Of a DNA stretch of 64,000 nucleotides, positions 27,760 through 37,629 are shown piece by piece (within the stretch, counting starts at the first letter, position 1; the number at the start of each line of letters is the position of its first letter). Source of the DNA: an uncultured Candidatus Saccharibacteria bacterium (GTDB taxonomy: Bacteria > Patescibacteriota > Minisyncoccia > Phycocordibacterales > UBA918); the NCBI GenBank assembly GCA_964399295.1, contig CAYNQD010000001.1, positions 271,672 to 335,671 on the forward strand, in the 5' to 3' direction. Position numbers and translations under genes: made by a program. A model generated the notes under the pieces. That model did not search any database and was not told the DNA's origin. It saw only the letters and a program-made list of their open reading frames with translations.

Positions 27760-29826
27760 TTATATGACAGCCTTGTTTTTCTTGGGTTTTGCTGTTTTTT
27801 TACGCTGGCTTTCCTCCAAAATCCGGATTTCGTCACGAATAATAGCCGCAGTTTCAAAATCCAGTATAGCCACCGCTTCGTTCATTTGGCGACGTTTTTC
27901 CTTTAGAACCTTCTTAGGGTTTTCGCGGAACAAAGCCATGTCAATCTTCAGCAAAGTATCTACCGTTTCGTCGTGCTCACTACGCATTTGATCGGTGATT
28001 GATTTTATTTCCTTGGCGATGGTTTTGGGAGTGATGTTGTGTTTTTTGTTGTAAGCAAGCTGTCTTTCGCGTCGGCGGTTGGTTTCATTGATGGCTTTTA
28101 GCAATGAAGGAGTCATTCCGTCCGCGTATAAAATCACACGGCCGTTGACATTTCTGGCCGCTCGACCAATGGTCTGAATCAGCGCAGTTTCACTTCTCAA
28201 AAAACCCTCCTTGTCGGCATCGAGAATAGCCACAAGCTCCACTTCCGGTAAGTCCAGTCCTTCACGCAACAGATTGACCCCCACCAAACAGTCGAATTTT
28301 CCTCGTCTAAAATCTGTTAAAATTTCAATGCGCTCGATGGTTTCAACGTCACTGTGAATGTACTTTGTGTTGATGCCTTTTTCTTCAAGAAAATCAGTTA
28401 AATCTTCGGCCATTTTTTTGGTTAGAGTGGTGGTAAGAACCCGCATACCACCTTTTATTACCATATTTGCTTCTTCGATAAAATCTTTAATCTGTCCGTT
28501 GTATTCGGAGGTGGCGGTGATTGGCCGCAGGTCGATTATCGGATCAACCAAACCGGTCGGCCTAATCACCTGCTCAACCATTGGGATTTGTGTTTTGGCT
28601 AATTGTTCGTATTCGTACTTGCCCGGAGTGGCTGAGGTGTATATTCTTTGTCCGACCTGACTTTCAAATTCTGAAAACTTTAACGGTCGATTATCAATAG
28701 CGCTAGGCAAACGAAATCCGTATTCCACTAAAGTATTCTTTCTGGAACGGTCGCCAGCGTACATGCCGTTGATCTGTGGGACGGTCACATGGGACTCGTC
28801 GATAACCGTAAGAAAATCAGCCTTACCATCCTTGGTGTGCGGGAAATATGATAGCAAAGTATAAGGCGCTTCCCCCGCTTGACGTCGGTCAAAATGACGA
28901 GAATAATTTTCTATTCCGTTGCAATAACCCACTTCTCGCATCAAGGCTAGGTCATGCTCAGTGCGTCGGCGTAATCGTTCCGCTTCTAGGATTTTCCCTT
29001 CTTTTTTAAATTTTTTTAATTGTTCATCCAATTCTGCCTTTATGTCCGTGATGGCGACTTTTCTTTCTTCTTCCGGAGTGACGAAATGTTTGGCGGGAAA
29101 TAAAAAGAAAGTTTTTGGTTCTTCAATAATTTCTCTGGTAACGGCATCAATTTTTGTAATTTTAGAAACCGTGTCTCCCGTAAAATTTAAACGAAAAATG
29201 ACTCGTTCGTTGGTGGGCATTATTTCTACAGTATTGCCCACGGCTCGGAAATAGCCCGGTAGTAAATCGAGATTGGTTCTGGTAAATTGAATGTCTATTA
29301 GGGTGCGGAGAATTTCGGTGCGCGTGGTCTTGAAACCGCGTTCGATTTTTAAATGTTTTTTTAGATATTCCCGCGGCGAACCCAGACCATAAATACAAGA
29401 GACTGAAGCCACGATTATTACATCCTGCCTAGTCAAAAGCGCTTGCGTGGAAGCGTGGCGTAGGCGGTCGATTTCTTCATTTATTTGCGCTTCTTTTTCT
29501 ATATAAGTATCACTGGTCGGCATATACGCCTCCGGCTGGTAATAATCATAATACGACACAAAATAATGAACGGCGTTATTGGGAAAAAAATCTCGATACT
29601 CTTGAGCTAGCTGCGCTGCTAGGGTTTTGTTGTGGGCGATTACCAGGGTGGGTTTTTGAATTTGGTAGATTATATTTGCACAAGTAAAAGTCTTGCCGGA
29701 GCCGGTGACGCCAAGCAAAGTCTGATGAGTGTGACCGGCTTTGATACCCGTCACCAGCTGTTTGATGGCTTTGGGCTGGTCTCCTGCTGGCTTTTTGTCG
29801 GTAGCTATTTGAAACTTCATGTCCAT
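27760..29826 (-). CDS. uvrB: excinuclease ABC subunit B
   Basis: Helicase motifs (GVTGSGKTFT Walker A; DESH box region), beta-hairpin region, and UvrB-typical N-terminus QPKAIKQLVTGIKAG..QTLLGVTGSGKT. Confidence 0.95.
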   Translation of the reverse strand: MDMKFQIATDKKPAGDQPKAIKQLVTGIKAGHTHQTLLGVTGSGKTFTCANIIYQIQKPTLVIAHNKTLAAQLAQEYRDFFPNNAVHYFVSYYDYYQPEAYMPTSDTYIEKEAQINEEIDRLRHASTQALLTRQDVIIVASVSCIYGLGSPREYLKKHLKIERGFKTTRTEILRTLIDIQFTRTNLDLLPGYFRAVGNTVEIMPTNERVIFRLNFTGDTVSKITKIDAVTREIIEEPKTFFLFPAKHFVTPEEERKVAITDIKAELDEQLKKFKKEGKILEAERLRRRTEHDLALMREVGYCNGIENYSRHFDRRQAGEAPYTLLSYFPHTKDGKADFLTVIDESHVTVPQINGMYAGDRSRKNTLVEYGFRLPSAIDNRPLKFSEFESQVGQRIYTSATPGKYEYEQLAKTQIPMVEQVIRPTGLVDPIIDLRPITATSEYNGQIKDFIEEANMVIKGGMRVLTTTLTKKMAEDLTDFLEEKGINTKYIHSDVETIERIEILTDFRRGKFDCLVGVNLLREGLDLPEVELVAILDADKEGFLRSETALIQTIGRAARNVNGRVILYADGMTPSLLKAINETNRRRERQLAYNKKHNITPKTIAKEIKSITDQMRSEHDETVDTLLKIDMALFRENPKKVLKEKRRQMNEAVAILDFETAAIIRDEIRILEESQRKKTAKPKKNKAVI

Positions 29827-29850
29827 GAGTATAGCGTGATTATGGATATA

Positions 29851-29885
29851 AAAAAAGCGGACAAGCTTCGTTTGTCCGCTTTTTT
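29851..29885. terminator. bidirectional rho-independent terminator between tgt and uvrB
   Basis: aaaaa-agcggacaa-gcttcgt-ttgtccgct-ttttt: 9-bp stem flanked by A5/T5. Confidence 0.5.
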
Positions 29886-31131
29886 ACACCAACTGAGCGC
29901 GTAGTTGCTTAGTAAAATTTACAATAGTGTGCAGATTGTGAATTGAAGCCAAATGCGGGCCGAGCATTTCTTGAGCTCTGAAAAGATGTGCCAGATAGCC
30001 TTTGGTGTAGGTTTTGGCGACATGGCCGTCACTCAATTCATCAATAAGCGAATGATCATTTTTGTAGCAACTATTTCTAAGATTTATCTTTTCGAGAACC
30101 GGATAGGTCAAGGTCCCGCAATCAGAAACTTTTTGTTGTCCGGTGTGGACATACACTGTTCCGGTGCGAGCGATTCTGGTGGGGTTGACGCAGTCAAAAG
30201 TGTCACAACCATTCAAGATTCCCTGCACAATATCTTCCGGTTCACCGATTCCCAGCAAATGCCGCGGCTTTTCTTCCGGTAAAATTTCGTTTACCACCCG
30301 CAGAGAATCATACAAATCAGACTTTGAAAAACTACCCCCGATTCCAAAACCATCAAAATCCATCGCTGATAAAACTTTAGCGCTCTCCACCCGCAAATCC
30401 AGATATTTTCCGCCTTGCACTACTCCGTACAAACCTTGTTTTTTTAGAGCGTGATAATTTTGTTTATGAGCCATTATGCTGCGCTTGGCCCAACGATGAG
30501 TTCTGTCCATGGCTTCCTTTTGGTATTGATAGTCCGCGGTCGGGCTAGTACATTCATCAAAAGCGATAATGATATCGGCTCCGATATCATGCTGAATTTC
30601 TATGGAACGTTCGGCCGTAAAACGATGCATAGAGCCATCAATGTGAGAAGTGAATGTCACCCCCTCCTCGTCGATAATGCAGAGCTTACCATGCCCAGCA
30701 GCAAAGTCTTTACTATAAACATTCAAGCCGTGGTATTCATTGGAATTATCTTTCTCATCAGCCTTACCGGTAGCAAATTTTGTCACTCCTTTTCCAAAAG
30801 CCGCTCCCAGAGAGAACACCTGAAACCCTCCCGAGTCAGTGATAGTTGGCATTTGCCAATTGGCAAATTTGTGTAAACCTCCGGCTTCTTTAACTACTTT
30901 ATGACCTGGCTGCAAAAACAAATGGTAAGTGTTGGCTAAAGAAACTTGATTGCCGACATAATTTATTAAATCATCTAACTTGAGACTTTTGACAGTCCCC
31001 TTTGTACCCACCACCACAAAAGCCGGAGTTTCAATATCGCCATGAGGAGTACGAATAACACCCGACCGAGCTAAGGTTTTAGTATTTTTCTTAATGATTT
31101 CAAACGTAATTGGTTTACTCATGGCCAGCAA
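29884..31131 (-). CDS. tgt: queuine tRNA-ribosyltransferase (tRNA-guanine transglycosylase)
   Basis: TIM-barrel Tgt signatures: ARSGVIRTPHGDIETPAFVVVGTKG; FQVFSLG; catalytic LLGIGEPEDIV...GCDTFDCVNPTR. C-terminal zinc subdomain appears divergent (only one Cys of the usual CxCxxC retained: NSCYKNDH). Confidence 0.85.
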   Translation of the reverse strand: MLAMSKPITFEIIKKNTKTLARSGVIRTPHGDIETPAFVVVGTKGTVKSLKLDDLINYVGNQVSLANTYHLFLQPGHKVVKEAGGLHKFANWQMPTITDSGGFQVFSLGAAFGKGVTKFATGKADEKDNSNEYHGLNVYSKDFAAGHGKLCIIDEEGVTFTSHIDGSMHRFTAERSIEIQHDIGADIIIAFDECTSPTADYQYQKEAMDRTHRWAKRSIMAHKQNYHALKKQGLYGVVQGGKYLDLRVESAKVLSAMDFDGFGIGGSFSKSDLYDSLRVVNEILPEEKPRHLLGIGEPEDIVQGILNGCDTFDCVNPTRIARTGTVYVHTGQQKVSDCGTLTYPVLEKINLRNSCYKNDHSLIDELSDGHVAKTYTKGYLAHLFRAQEMLGPHLASIHNLHTIVNFTKQLRAQLV

Positions 31132-31190
31132 ATGAAATGTCGGTCCTGAACCGACATTTCATGATAATAATATCGCGTTATCACTAAAAA

Positions 31191-31736
31191 TTATTTAATT
31201 TCCAGCAATTCAATGGCAAATACGAGAGTAGAATTGACGGGAATATTGCCGATAGTTCTGTTGCCATAGGCTAAATCAGCCGGAATGACCAGAATTCTCT
31301 GTCCACCTACTTTCATACCCACAACCCCTTCGTCCCAACCTTTAATGACCGTACCGCCGCCGACTTTGAATGAAAAAGTCGATCCACGCTTTTTTGAGTT
31401 ATCAAATTCCGTGCCGTTTTGCAAAGTACCGATGTAATGAACAGAAACAACATCACCCTTTTTCACAGCTTCGCCGGTACCAACAACAATGTCATCAACG
31501 ACAAGTTTATTTACGGTACCTCTGGTGTCTGAAGCTTCCAACAAGGCAGTGGTGCGCTCCTGTGTAATATTGCCGTCACTTCCCACTATTACCACTCCTG
31601 ATTTGGCCAATTGCGCCGACTGGCCGCTAGAACCGACGGTATTTAGAAAAGAAGTCTCCACTCTCACCAAATATAGCGCCAGGGCCATAAAAAGCACGCT
31701 AACACCAATACCTACTATTTCAAATTTACTCAGCAT
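31191..31736 (-). CDS. FKBP-type peptidyl-prolyl cis-trans isomerase, membrane-anchored or secreted
   Basis: FKBP core: GDVVSVHYIGTLQNGTEFDNS...FSFKVGGGTVIKGWDEGVVGMKVGGQRILVIPADLAYG. N-terminal hydrophobic anchor. Confidence 0.85.
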   Translation of the reverse strand: MLSKFEIVGIGVSVLFMALALYLVRVETSFLNTVGSSGQSAQLAKSGVVIVGSDGNITQERTTALLEASDTRGTVNKLVVDDIVVGTGEAVKKGDVVSVHYIGTLQNGTEFDNSKKRGSTFSFKVGGGTVIKGWDEGVVGMKVGGQRILVIPADLAYGNRTIGNIPVNSTLVFAIELLEIK

Positions 31737-31748
31737 AATGTTTTTTTG

Positions 31749-32870
31749 TTATTCTGCCATAATAACCATTTCTGTGGAAGTTGCAAGAGGCAAAGTGAGA
31801 GTAATTTTGCCATTTGTAATATCTCCAGCAAGCTCCTGACTGCTTCTACCCGCCAAATTCTTAAGAAAAACCAGCTTATTTTCTTCCAACATTAACTGTG
31901 GTTGAGCCAGTGTGTTTCTGGTGGTGATGGGTATTATTGCTAAAGTAAAATCATTTTCTTCCCCACCCTCTTCCAAAGTGAGAAACAAGCCTTCTCTAAC
32001 CGCAACTTCAAAATATTGATCGAAAATGAAATTTCCTAGTGAGTAGAAGACTAGTGTTTCGTTTATTTTTTCTATGCCTTGGGTTACGTGTGGATGATGT
32101 CCGATAATCAGATCGGCGCCGGCTTCGGCTAATTTTGTTGCTAAAATTCTTTGTCTGTTTGATTGCTTCAATTCGTATTCGTTACCCCAATGTATGTAGA
32201 CTATTTGCAAGTCACTAGCGACCTTGGCCCAAGATAAAACTTCTTTTATTTTTGTATCCGTAGGTTCACCCGACAAAGTACTAACGCCAATCAAAGCCAA
32301 CTTGGTGCTATTTAAATCAATGAAAGACACTGAGCTGGTGGAAAGATTGATAGGATGACCAAAGCTCACAAAATCATTGTCGGCCAGTACTAATTCAGTA
32401 TTTTTAAGACCGACCATCCCGTAATCCAACGCATGATTATTGGCTAAAGATAAATGCGTAAAACCGGCGGTTTTTAGACCTGGTAAATACTGCTTATTTA
32501 CTGAAAAGTTAAAAGTAAAATTGGGAGTCTTAACATGCTTTGCTGGTACACTGGCTTCAAAATTACCGACTAAAAAAGAATCTTTCGGATTAAACCAGTC
32601 TATATAGGTGTAAGGATAATTTATTCCGTGCAAGGTCATCAAATGCTCAACGTGTCTAGCCAGCATGACATCACCGACAAAGTGGACTTTGGTTTTACTT
32701 AGCTGGCTAAGGTCATGGTCTTCTGGCTGCTTAAGTTGTTTTTGGTGCTTAATTTCTCCGTAACTAAAGGAGGTTTGGGTCAATAATTTTATTGCCGGTA
32801 TTTTTAAATAAACAAACAGCAAACAACTGCCCAAAATGACAGCCAGAGGAAACCACATTCCTCTATTCAT
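31749..32870 (-). CDS. CapA/PgsA-family metallophosphoesterase (poly-gamma-glutamate capsule biosynthesis-type)
   Basis: VHFVGDVMLARHV ... LSLANNHALDYG ... GADLIIGHHPHVTQGIEKINETLVFYSLGNFIFDQ (calcineurin-like phosphoesterase motifs in CapA arrangement). N-terminal TM. Confidence 0.75.
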   Translation of the reverse strand: MNRGMWFPLAVILGSCLLFVYLKIPAIKLLTQTSFSYGEIKHQKQLKQPEDHDLSQLSKTKVHFVGDVMLARHVEHLMTLHGINYPYTYIDWFNPKDSFLVGNFEASVPAKHVKTPNFTFNFSVNKQYLPGLKTAGFTHLSLANNHALDYGMVGLKNTELVLADNDFVSFGHPINLSTSSVSFIDLNSTKLALIGVSTLSGEPTDTKIKEVLSWAKVASDLQIVYIHWGNEYELKQSNRQRILATKLAEAGADLIIGHHPHVTQGIEKINETLVFYSLGNFIFDQYFEVAVREGLFLTLEEGGEENDFTLAIIPITTRNTLAQPQLMLEENKLVFLKNLAGRSSQELAGDITNGKITLTLPLATSTEMVIMAE

Positions 32871-32872
32871 AT

Positions 32873-33307
32873 TTAGTTCGTTAGACTAAAACTAAAAGCC
32901 GAAGCGGTGGAATGGAACATTCCCACTTTATAAATATACATAACCAGTAAAACCCCGAGTAGAGCCAAGACTAAAGACACCAACAAAATGACGCAGGTCT
33001 GTATCCAAGCCACTTCTTTTTCTTCTTTTAGTCTGCGCACGGATACCTCCTCCACATCAACCTCAATACCCAAAAGTGAAGATATTTCATTGGGTTTTAA
33101 ACCTTGGTCGCTTCTGAAAACTTTGTGCAGTCCGTCCACTCGAGTGGAGTTATTTTTTGTATTTTCCCTCAGTACCATTATCGCAGTATCGACTTCATTT
33201 TTGTCGTAACGAGCACTCAGTAGCACTGAGCGGATTTCTTCATCAGGCGAAGACGGATCAACGCCATTGATTTTTAAAATTGATTCTAACTGTTTGCGTT
33301 GTATCAT
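32873..33307 (-). CDS. hypothetical C-terminally TM-anchored protein (144 aa)
   Basis: Soluble N-terminal domain, single C-terminal TM (VILLVSLVLALLGVLLVMYIY). A 2-bp gap to the upstream AI-2E gene. Confidence 0.4.
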   Translation of the reverse strand: MIQRKQLESILKINGVDPSSPDEEIRSVLLSARYDKNEVDTAIMVLRENTKNNSTRVDGLHKVFRSDQGLKPNEISSLLGIEVDVEEVSVRRLKEEKEVAWIQTCVILLVSLVLALLGVLLVMYIYKVGMFHSTASAFSFSLTN

Positions 33308-33308
33308 G

Positions 33309-34340
33309 TTATTTTTTACTCTTTATTATGTATTGATTGCAAATTTCCAGCAAAGCTATAAATAAAGCTATTACCACCGGCCCCACGATAAAACCAATCG
33401 GCCCAAACATAGAAATACCGCCCAAAACTGAAAGCAGAATCAAGAGCGGATGCATATTGCTTCCCCTACTCATAAGCTGAGGGCCAATGATGTTGTCTAC
33501 CACTACAATAGCCACAAACGCCCAAATAAGCAAACCGATAGCATTGAAAAGCGCGCCAGTCATAAACAGGTAGATAATAGCCGGAAGCATTATAACGATA
33601 GTTCCAATACCTGGAAGCATTGCCAAAATGGCCGCTATCGCTCCCCACAAAATCGCCCTATCTATCCCGAATAAAGTAAAACCAACGGCCGCCACAACAC
33701 CCTGAATCAAAGAGACCAAAACCACTCCCACCGTCACCGAGCGAATGGCCTGTGCAATTCTGGAAAAAATAATAGCATCTTCCTTGTCTGGCAAAGGGCT
33801 GATTCTGGAAATGGCTTTCAATATTTCCCTACCATCCTTAAAGAAATAAAAGGAAGCTATTAACGATATAAAAATCATAAAGAAAGTAGAAATAGTGCCG
33901 GCAAATATTGTGCCAATATTTTTTAGGAACCACTCAGCGATTTGTCGCAGCTGCTCGGCCAGATTAAAATCAAACCCCGGAGCATAAAGCTGTATCGTGT
34001 TTTCTATATTATTTAGATAATATTCTATGGAAAGTTCTTTGCTATTATTTAAACCTTGATAGAAACTCATAAATTCACGCACAAAAATAGAGGTCATGAA
34101 TAACAGCGGAATGACCACTACCACTACCACTACCAAGGTGGAAAACAAAGCCGCCAAAGCTTTTCTTTGTCCAAAGACTCGTCTTTCAAGGAGTTCGTGC
34201 AGAGGATAAACAATAGTGACAATAATCATTGAAAGCGCCAAAGACGAGATAAAAGGAGAAAAGACCAACCAAGCCAAATAACCCACCCCAATCAACAAAG
34301 AGAAGAAGAACGCATACTCAAGAATACGACTAATAGACAT
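33309..34340 (-). CDS. AI-2E family transporter (UPF0118/PerM-like)
   Basis: 8-TM protein with the family-typical N-terminus (YAFFFSLLIGVGYLAWLVFSPFISSLALSMII) and a Gly-rich C-terminal membrane region. Confidence 0.7.
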   Translation of the reverse strand: MSISRILEYAFFFSLLIGVGYLAWLVFSPFISSLALSMIIVTIVYPLHELLERRVFGQRKALAALFSTLVVVVVVVIPLLFMTSIFVREFMSFYQGLNNSKELSIEYYLNNIENTIQLYAPGFDFNLAEQLRQIAEWFLKNIGTIFAGTISTFFMIFISLIASFYFFKDGREILKAISRISPLPDKEDAIIFSRIAQAIRSVTVGVVLVSLIQGVVAAVGFTLFGIDRAILWGAIAAILAMLPGIGTIVIMLPAIIYLFMTGALFNAIGLLIWAFVAIVVVDNIIGPQLMSRGSNMHPLLILLSVLGGISMFGPIGFIVGPVVIALFIALLEICNQYIIKSKK

Positions 34341-34439
34341 AGAACCTTATAACTATAACAGTTAAAAAATCAAATAACCAGATATATACACTATTTATTT
34401 TTATCTCTGGAACAAGCTTTGATGATGGTAGTATTTTAT

Positions 34440-35126
34440 TTACTTAATATTACCAATTATTCGCATCCACTCCTGGTAAGGCTGAGCTCCGGCAACAGAC
34501 ATGGCTTTGTCACCATCATAAATGATAACGTTAAAAGGAGTACCGTTCCCGCCAGAACTCTGAGCGATTTCCAAATCATCTTGTACGATTTTGGCGATAT
34601 CAGGATTTTTTACGCAAGCTTCAAACTCACTAAGATTTACACCTAATTTTTGTGCTTCGTTCGCGAAAAACTCCTGGCTATGACTGCCAATGTTGCCAAA
34701 AAGTACTTCCGTAAAAAGCCAGAATCCATCGCTACCCAATTGCTCAGTCACACACTCGCTAGCCACTGCTCCAGCGAAAGCGTTTCTATGATTAGGTAAA
34801 GGCAAATGTCTGTATTCCCAAGCGATTTCTCCATTCGATTCGTCGACCACCTGCTTCAAGGTTGGATGCAACCTGGCACAGTACGGACATTCAAAATCTG
34901 AAAACTCAACTATGGTTATTGCCGCTTCAGGGTTGCCATAGAGATGAGGGTTTTCGGCGCGTCTGATTTGTTCTACATTTATCTCTACCGGCTTATCAGC
35001 CACTTGATTTGTCGAAACGACGTTGGTCAAGGAACTATTTGACGGAGAGGTCTTAAATAAGATAGCTCCCGCCACTAAAGCAAAGCCTAAAAATATAGCG
35101 GCCGCAATTACATTGTAGTTATTCAT
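34440..35126 (-). CDS. DsbA-family thiol:disulfide oxidoreductase, TM-anchored
   Basis: Thioredoxin-fold active site FECPYCARLHP (CPYC). N-terminal TM anchor. Confidence 0.8.
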   Translation of the reverse strand: MNNYNVIAAAIFLGFALVAGAILFKTSPSNSSLTNVVSTNQVADKPVEINVEQIRRAENPHLYGNPEAAITIVEFSDFECPYCARLHPTLKQVVDESNGEIAWEYRHLPLPNHRNAFAGAVASECVTEQLGSDGFWLFTEVLFGNIGSHSQEFFANEAQKLGVNLSEFEACVKNPDIAKIVQDDLEIAQSSGGNGTPFNVIIYDGDKAMSVAGAQPYQEWMRIIGNIK

Positions 35127-35140
35127 CTTGAATTTCTTAA

Positions 35141-35629
35141 TTAACCTTTAATAAATATTTCAAACTCTTCCGGTGTTTCTCCAGCTTCGGCCGGTATTAG
35201 ATTTAGCTTCACGGGTTTGCCACTCCAAGTAGCGGTAACGGTGGCTTCCTCCGACGCTACAGCATCTGTCTTAAAGCGTTGAGTGGTTATGACCTGAGCA
35301 CAAACCTCAGCTGAATTTATAACTGAAAAATCAAGATTTATCTGTTCGGGAAAAGATTCTCTGACCACAGCCTCCACCTCCAGCAAATCACAAGGCGTAG
35401 GCACCAAAACTTCACCGACAAAAGTGTGTTTGCCATCAATGAAAAAATGTTTGGCGGTGACACCATCAGCAAAAAACCACGGCAAACCTTCAGCCTCTTC
35501 CTCCGGAATTTCTATTACAACGTTATTGTTGTTTGCTGTTTCCATCTTTTTTAGATAAGTGAAAGAAAACATACCTATCACTATCAGGATAAACAACGAA
35601 ACGACGAGGACTATAGTTTGTTTTGTCAT
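35141..35629 (-). CDS. hypothetical N-terminally TM-anchored protein (162 aa)
   Basis: Single TM (IVLVVSLFILIVIGMFSF), then an acidic soluble domain with two Cys. Confidence 0.4.
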   Translation of the reverse strand: MTKQTIVLVVSLFILIVIGMFSFTYLKKMETANNNNVVIEIPEEEAEGLPWFFADGVTAKHFFIDGKHTFVGEVLVPTPCDLLEVEAVVRESFPEQINLDFSVINSAEVCAQVITTQRFKTDAVASEEATVTATWSGKPVKLNLIPAEAGETPEEFEIFIKG

Positions 35630-35712
35630 AAAATCTTTTAAATATATAACTTCACCCCTTATTATACACCTATTTCAACATTTATAAATTCATGTGTATT
35701 GGAAGCAATTTT

Positions 35713-36792
35713 TTACTTCAAGATAACCTTTACATCATTGATTTCCTTTTCAATCAAAGTTTCTGATACTTCCAGTGCCTGATTAAGCCCTTCTAAGGCT
35801 TCTTTTTCACTTTTTGATAGCCGTTTTCGCTTGGTAATCATGTTTATTTGATCATAAATCTCATCCCTAAGAGCGGAAAAGATTTTCTCCATCTGGTCTT
35901 GCACCTCGCGAGTCTCTCGTCTAAGCTTTTCTTCCTTAGTTCTGATTCGTTTTTGTTCGCACCAAATGTAAGTCAACAACAGCATAATTATAACGAGTAG
36001 AAAGAATATCAATATGTTGATTGGCGTCAAAAAACTCCAAAATAATTTTTGTTCTTCAATGGCCAGAGGATTTATCCACCCAGCTGTAATCAAAACCGGT
36101 TTTGTAATTTCTCTGCTGTTACCGGCTTTATCATAAGCTACAATTTTAATAGTATATGTACCATCTTCCAATTCCCTTAATAAATATCCGGACCCGGCTT
36201 CATCAGGCATGACCCTAAAAGGTCCCTTCTCGGCAATTGTTATTTCATAATAATCAATACCCGAAGTACTATCAAACGCGTCAAAAATGACAGTCGGGAA
36301 CGAAGACGGGTTTGCGTCTTTACGCATTATTATACTGAAAGGTTCTGGTGCAGTGGTATCAATTTGAATCTTGTGATTTATTGGCACTCCCCAACCTTCC
36401 TGGTTTTTAAAATTTATATTTAAGTACTGAATTCCATCTTCTACTAAATCTCCAGTAAATCTAAACTCAGCCTCTGGAGATTCATAAATAGCATCTTTAT
36501 TCAACTCAGGATTATTTTCTGTTGATGAAGAGATTTCTACTGCCATAGCAATTGCTTCGTCAGGTAGTACTAAGTTGAATACCAGATCCGCAGACGCATA
36601 CCAAATATCTGGGTCTAGTTCCACAGCATTACCAGCGACGCTTACATTTTTATCGTCAGGAGCTGTGTCTATATCTAATTGTAAGGTATTCGCCAAAACC
36701 GCGTGTACATAAAATATAAAATAAAGAACACAAAACAAAACCAAAGCTATTTTGTGGATTTTTAAATTTATTGGTATCTTTCTTATTGACAT
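35713..36792 (-). CDS. hypothetical bitopic protein: extracytoplasmic beta-sandwich-like domain, TM, cytoplasmic coiled coil
   Basis: N-terminal TM or signal, a central domain, a second TM (INILIFFLLVIIMLLLTYIW), then a K/E/R-rich heptad region (KEEKLRRETREVQDQMEKIFSALRDEIY...). Confidence 0.45.
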   Translation of the reverse strand: MSIRKIPINLKIHKIALVLFCVLYFIFYVHAVLANTLQLDIDTAPDDKNVSVAGNAVELDPDIWYASADLVFNLVLPDEAIAMAVEISSSTENNPELNKDAIYESPEAEFRFTGDLVEDGIQYLNINFKNQEGWGVPINHKIQIDTTAPEPFSIIMRKDANPSSFPTVIFDAFDSTSGIDYYEITIAEKGPFRVMPDEAGSGYLLRELEDGTYTIKIVAYDKAGNSREITKPVLITAGWINPLAIEEQKLFWSFLTPINILIFFLLVIIMLLLTYIWCEQKRIRTKEEKLRRETREVQDQMEKIFSALRDEIYDQINMITKRKRLSKSEKEALEGLNQALEVSETLIEKEINDVKVILK

Positions 36793-36814
36793 AAAGAACT
36801 TTTTAACTTTAAAA

Positions 36815-37270
36815 TTATTTTCCAGCTGAGGGGCGCTCTTGCTTTACCTTCTCTTTTTCGGCAGACTTTAAAAGAGGTAATACCAAAATCAAAACGCCGT
36901 TTTTTATCTTGGCTTCCGCCTTTTCCACGTCGACGCTCTCAGGAAGAATAATTCGCCGATAAAAATCGCCCCAGACGCACTCTTCTGCAAAATACGCTCC
37001 TTGCTCTTTTTTCTTAGGAAAAACCAAATACTCCGGCCTAGTTCTTTTCCCTTCAATCAAAACAATATCAGCATCTCCCTCAATGGAAACACTAACGTCA
37101 TTCATGTCCGCTCCGGCTGACTGCGCATAAATAACTATCATTCCCTCGGTCTGGTAAACATCAACATCAAGCTGGGCTACTTTATTGACAGCTATTTCCA
37201 CTGCACCGGACTGCAAAGATGCCTTTTTAGATATCACCCCACGATTTTTTAATCTCTGAAGAAATAACAT
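36815..37270 (-). CDS. Hsp20/alpha-crystallin family small heat-shock protein
   Basis: ACD-type beta-sandwich segments (DVYQTEGMIVIYAQSAGADMNDVSVSIEGD...FYRRIILPESVDVEKAEAKIKNGVLILVLPL). Confidence 0.75.
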   Translation of the reverse strand: MLFLQRLKNRGVISKKASLQSGAVEIAVNKVAQLDVDVYQTEGMIVIYAQSAGADMNDVSVSIEGDADIVLIEGKRTRPEYLVFPKKKEQGAYFAEECVWGDFYRRIILPESVDVEKAEAKIKNGVLILVLPLLKSAEKEKVKQERPSAGK

Positions 37271-37566
37271 GTTTAACGTATTATATAACTTGCGTATTTT
37301 TATTTCTCTAGTTTATACCCACAAGTAAAATTTTTGTTCTAACGGCACAGATTACAGGAGTGAGACTTGGCAGTATTTGAGAAAATTAGAGCGTCCTTAT
37401 TGATAGTGGAATTTAAAAAACGACTACAGACAACATGTTCTAAACCTGGGTGTTGATAACTCCGTATGACTAAGACATCTTCCCACAAAGTATGATTACT
37501 AATTGGTATTATTTTTATGCTTTTTCAGACATAAACCCTTAAATACATAAGATACAACCGTCCTTT

Positions 37567-37620
37567 ATATAAGACATTAAAAGACAAGGCCAGTTGGCCT
37601 TGTCTTTTAATGTCTTATAT
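37567..37620. terminator. long perfect hairpin (25-bp stem, 4-nt loop), terminator of the EPS-like operon
   Basis: atataagacattaaaagacaaggcc-agtt-ggccttgtcttttaatgtcttatat. Located 10 bp downstream of the stop of 37630..38850 and upstream of hsp20. Confidence 0.55.
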
Positions 37621-37629
37621 AATTTAGCT

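Noticed and set aside
37271-37566. HrcA CIRCE element (TTAGCACTC-N9-GAGTGCTAA) upstream of hsp20
   Set aside because: No match to the CIRCE inverted repeat in the hsp20 upstream region. The groEL promoter lies outside the window.
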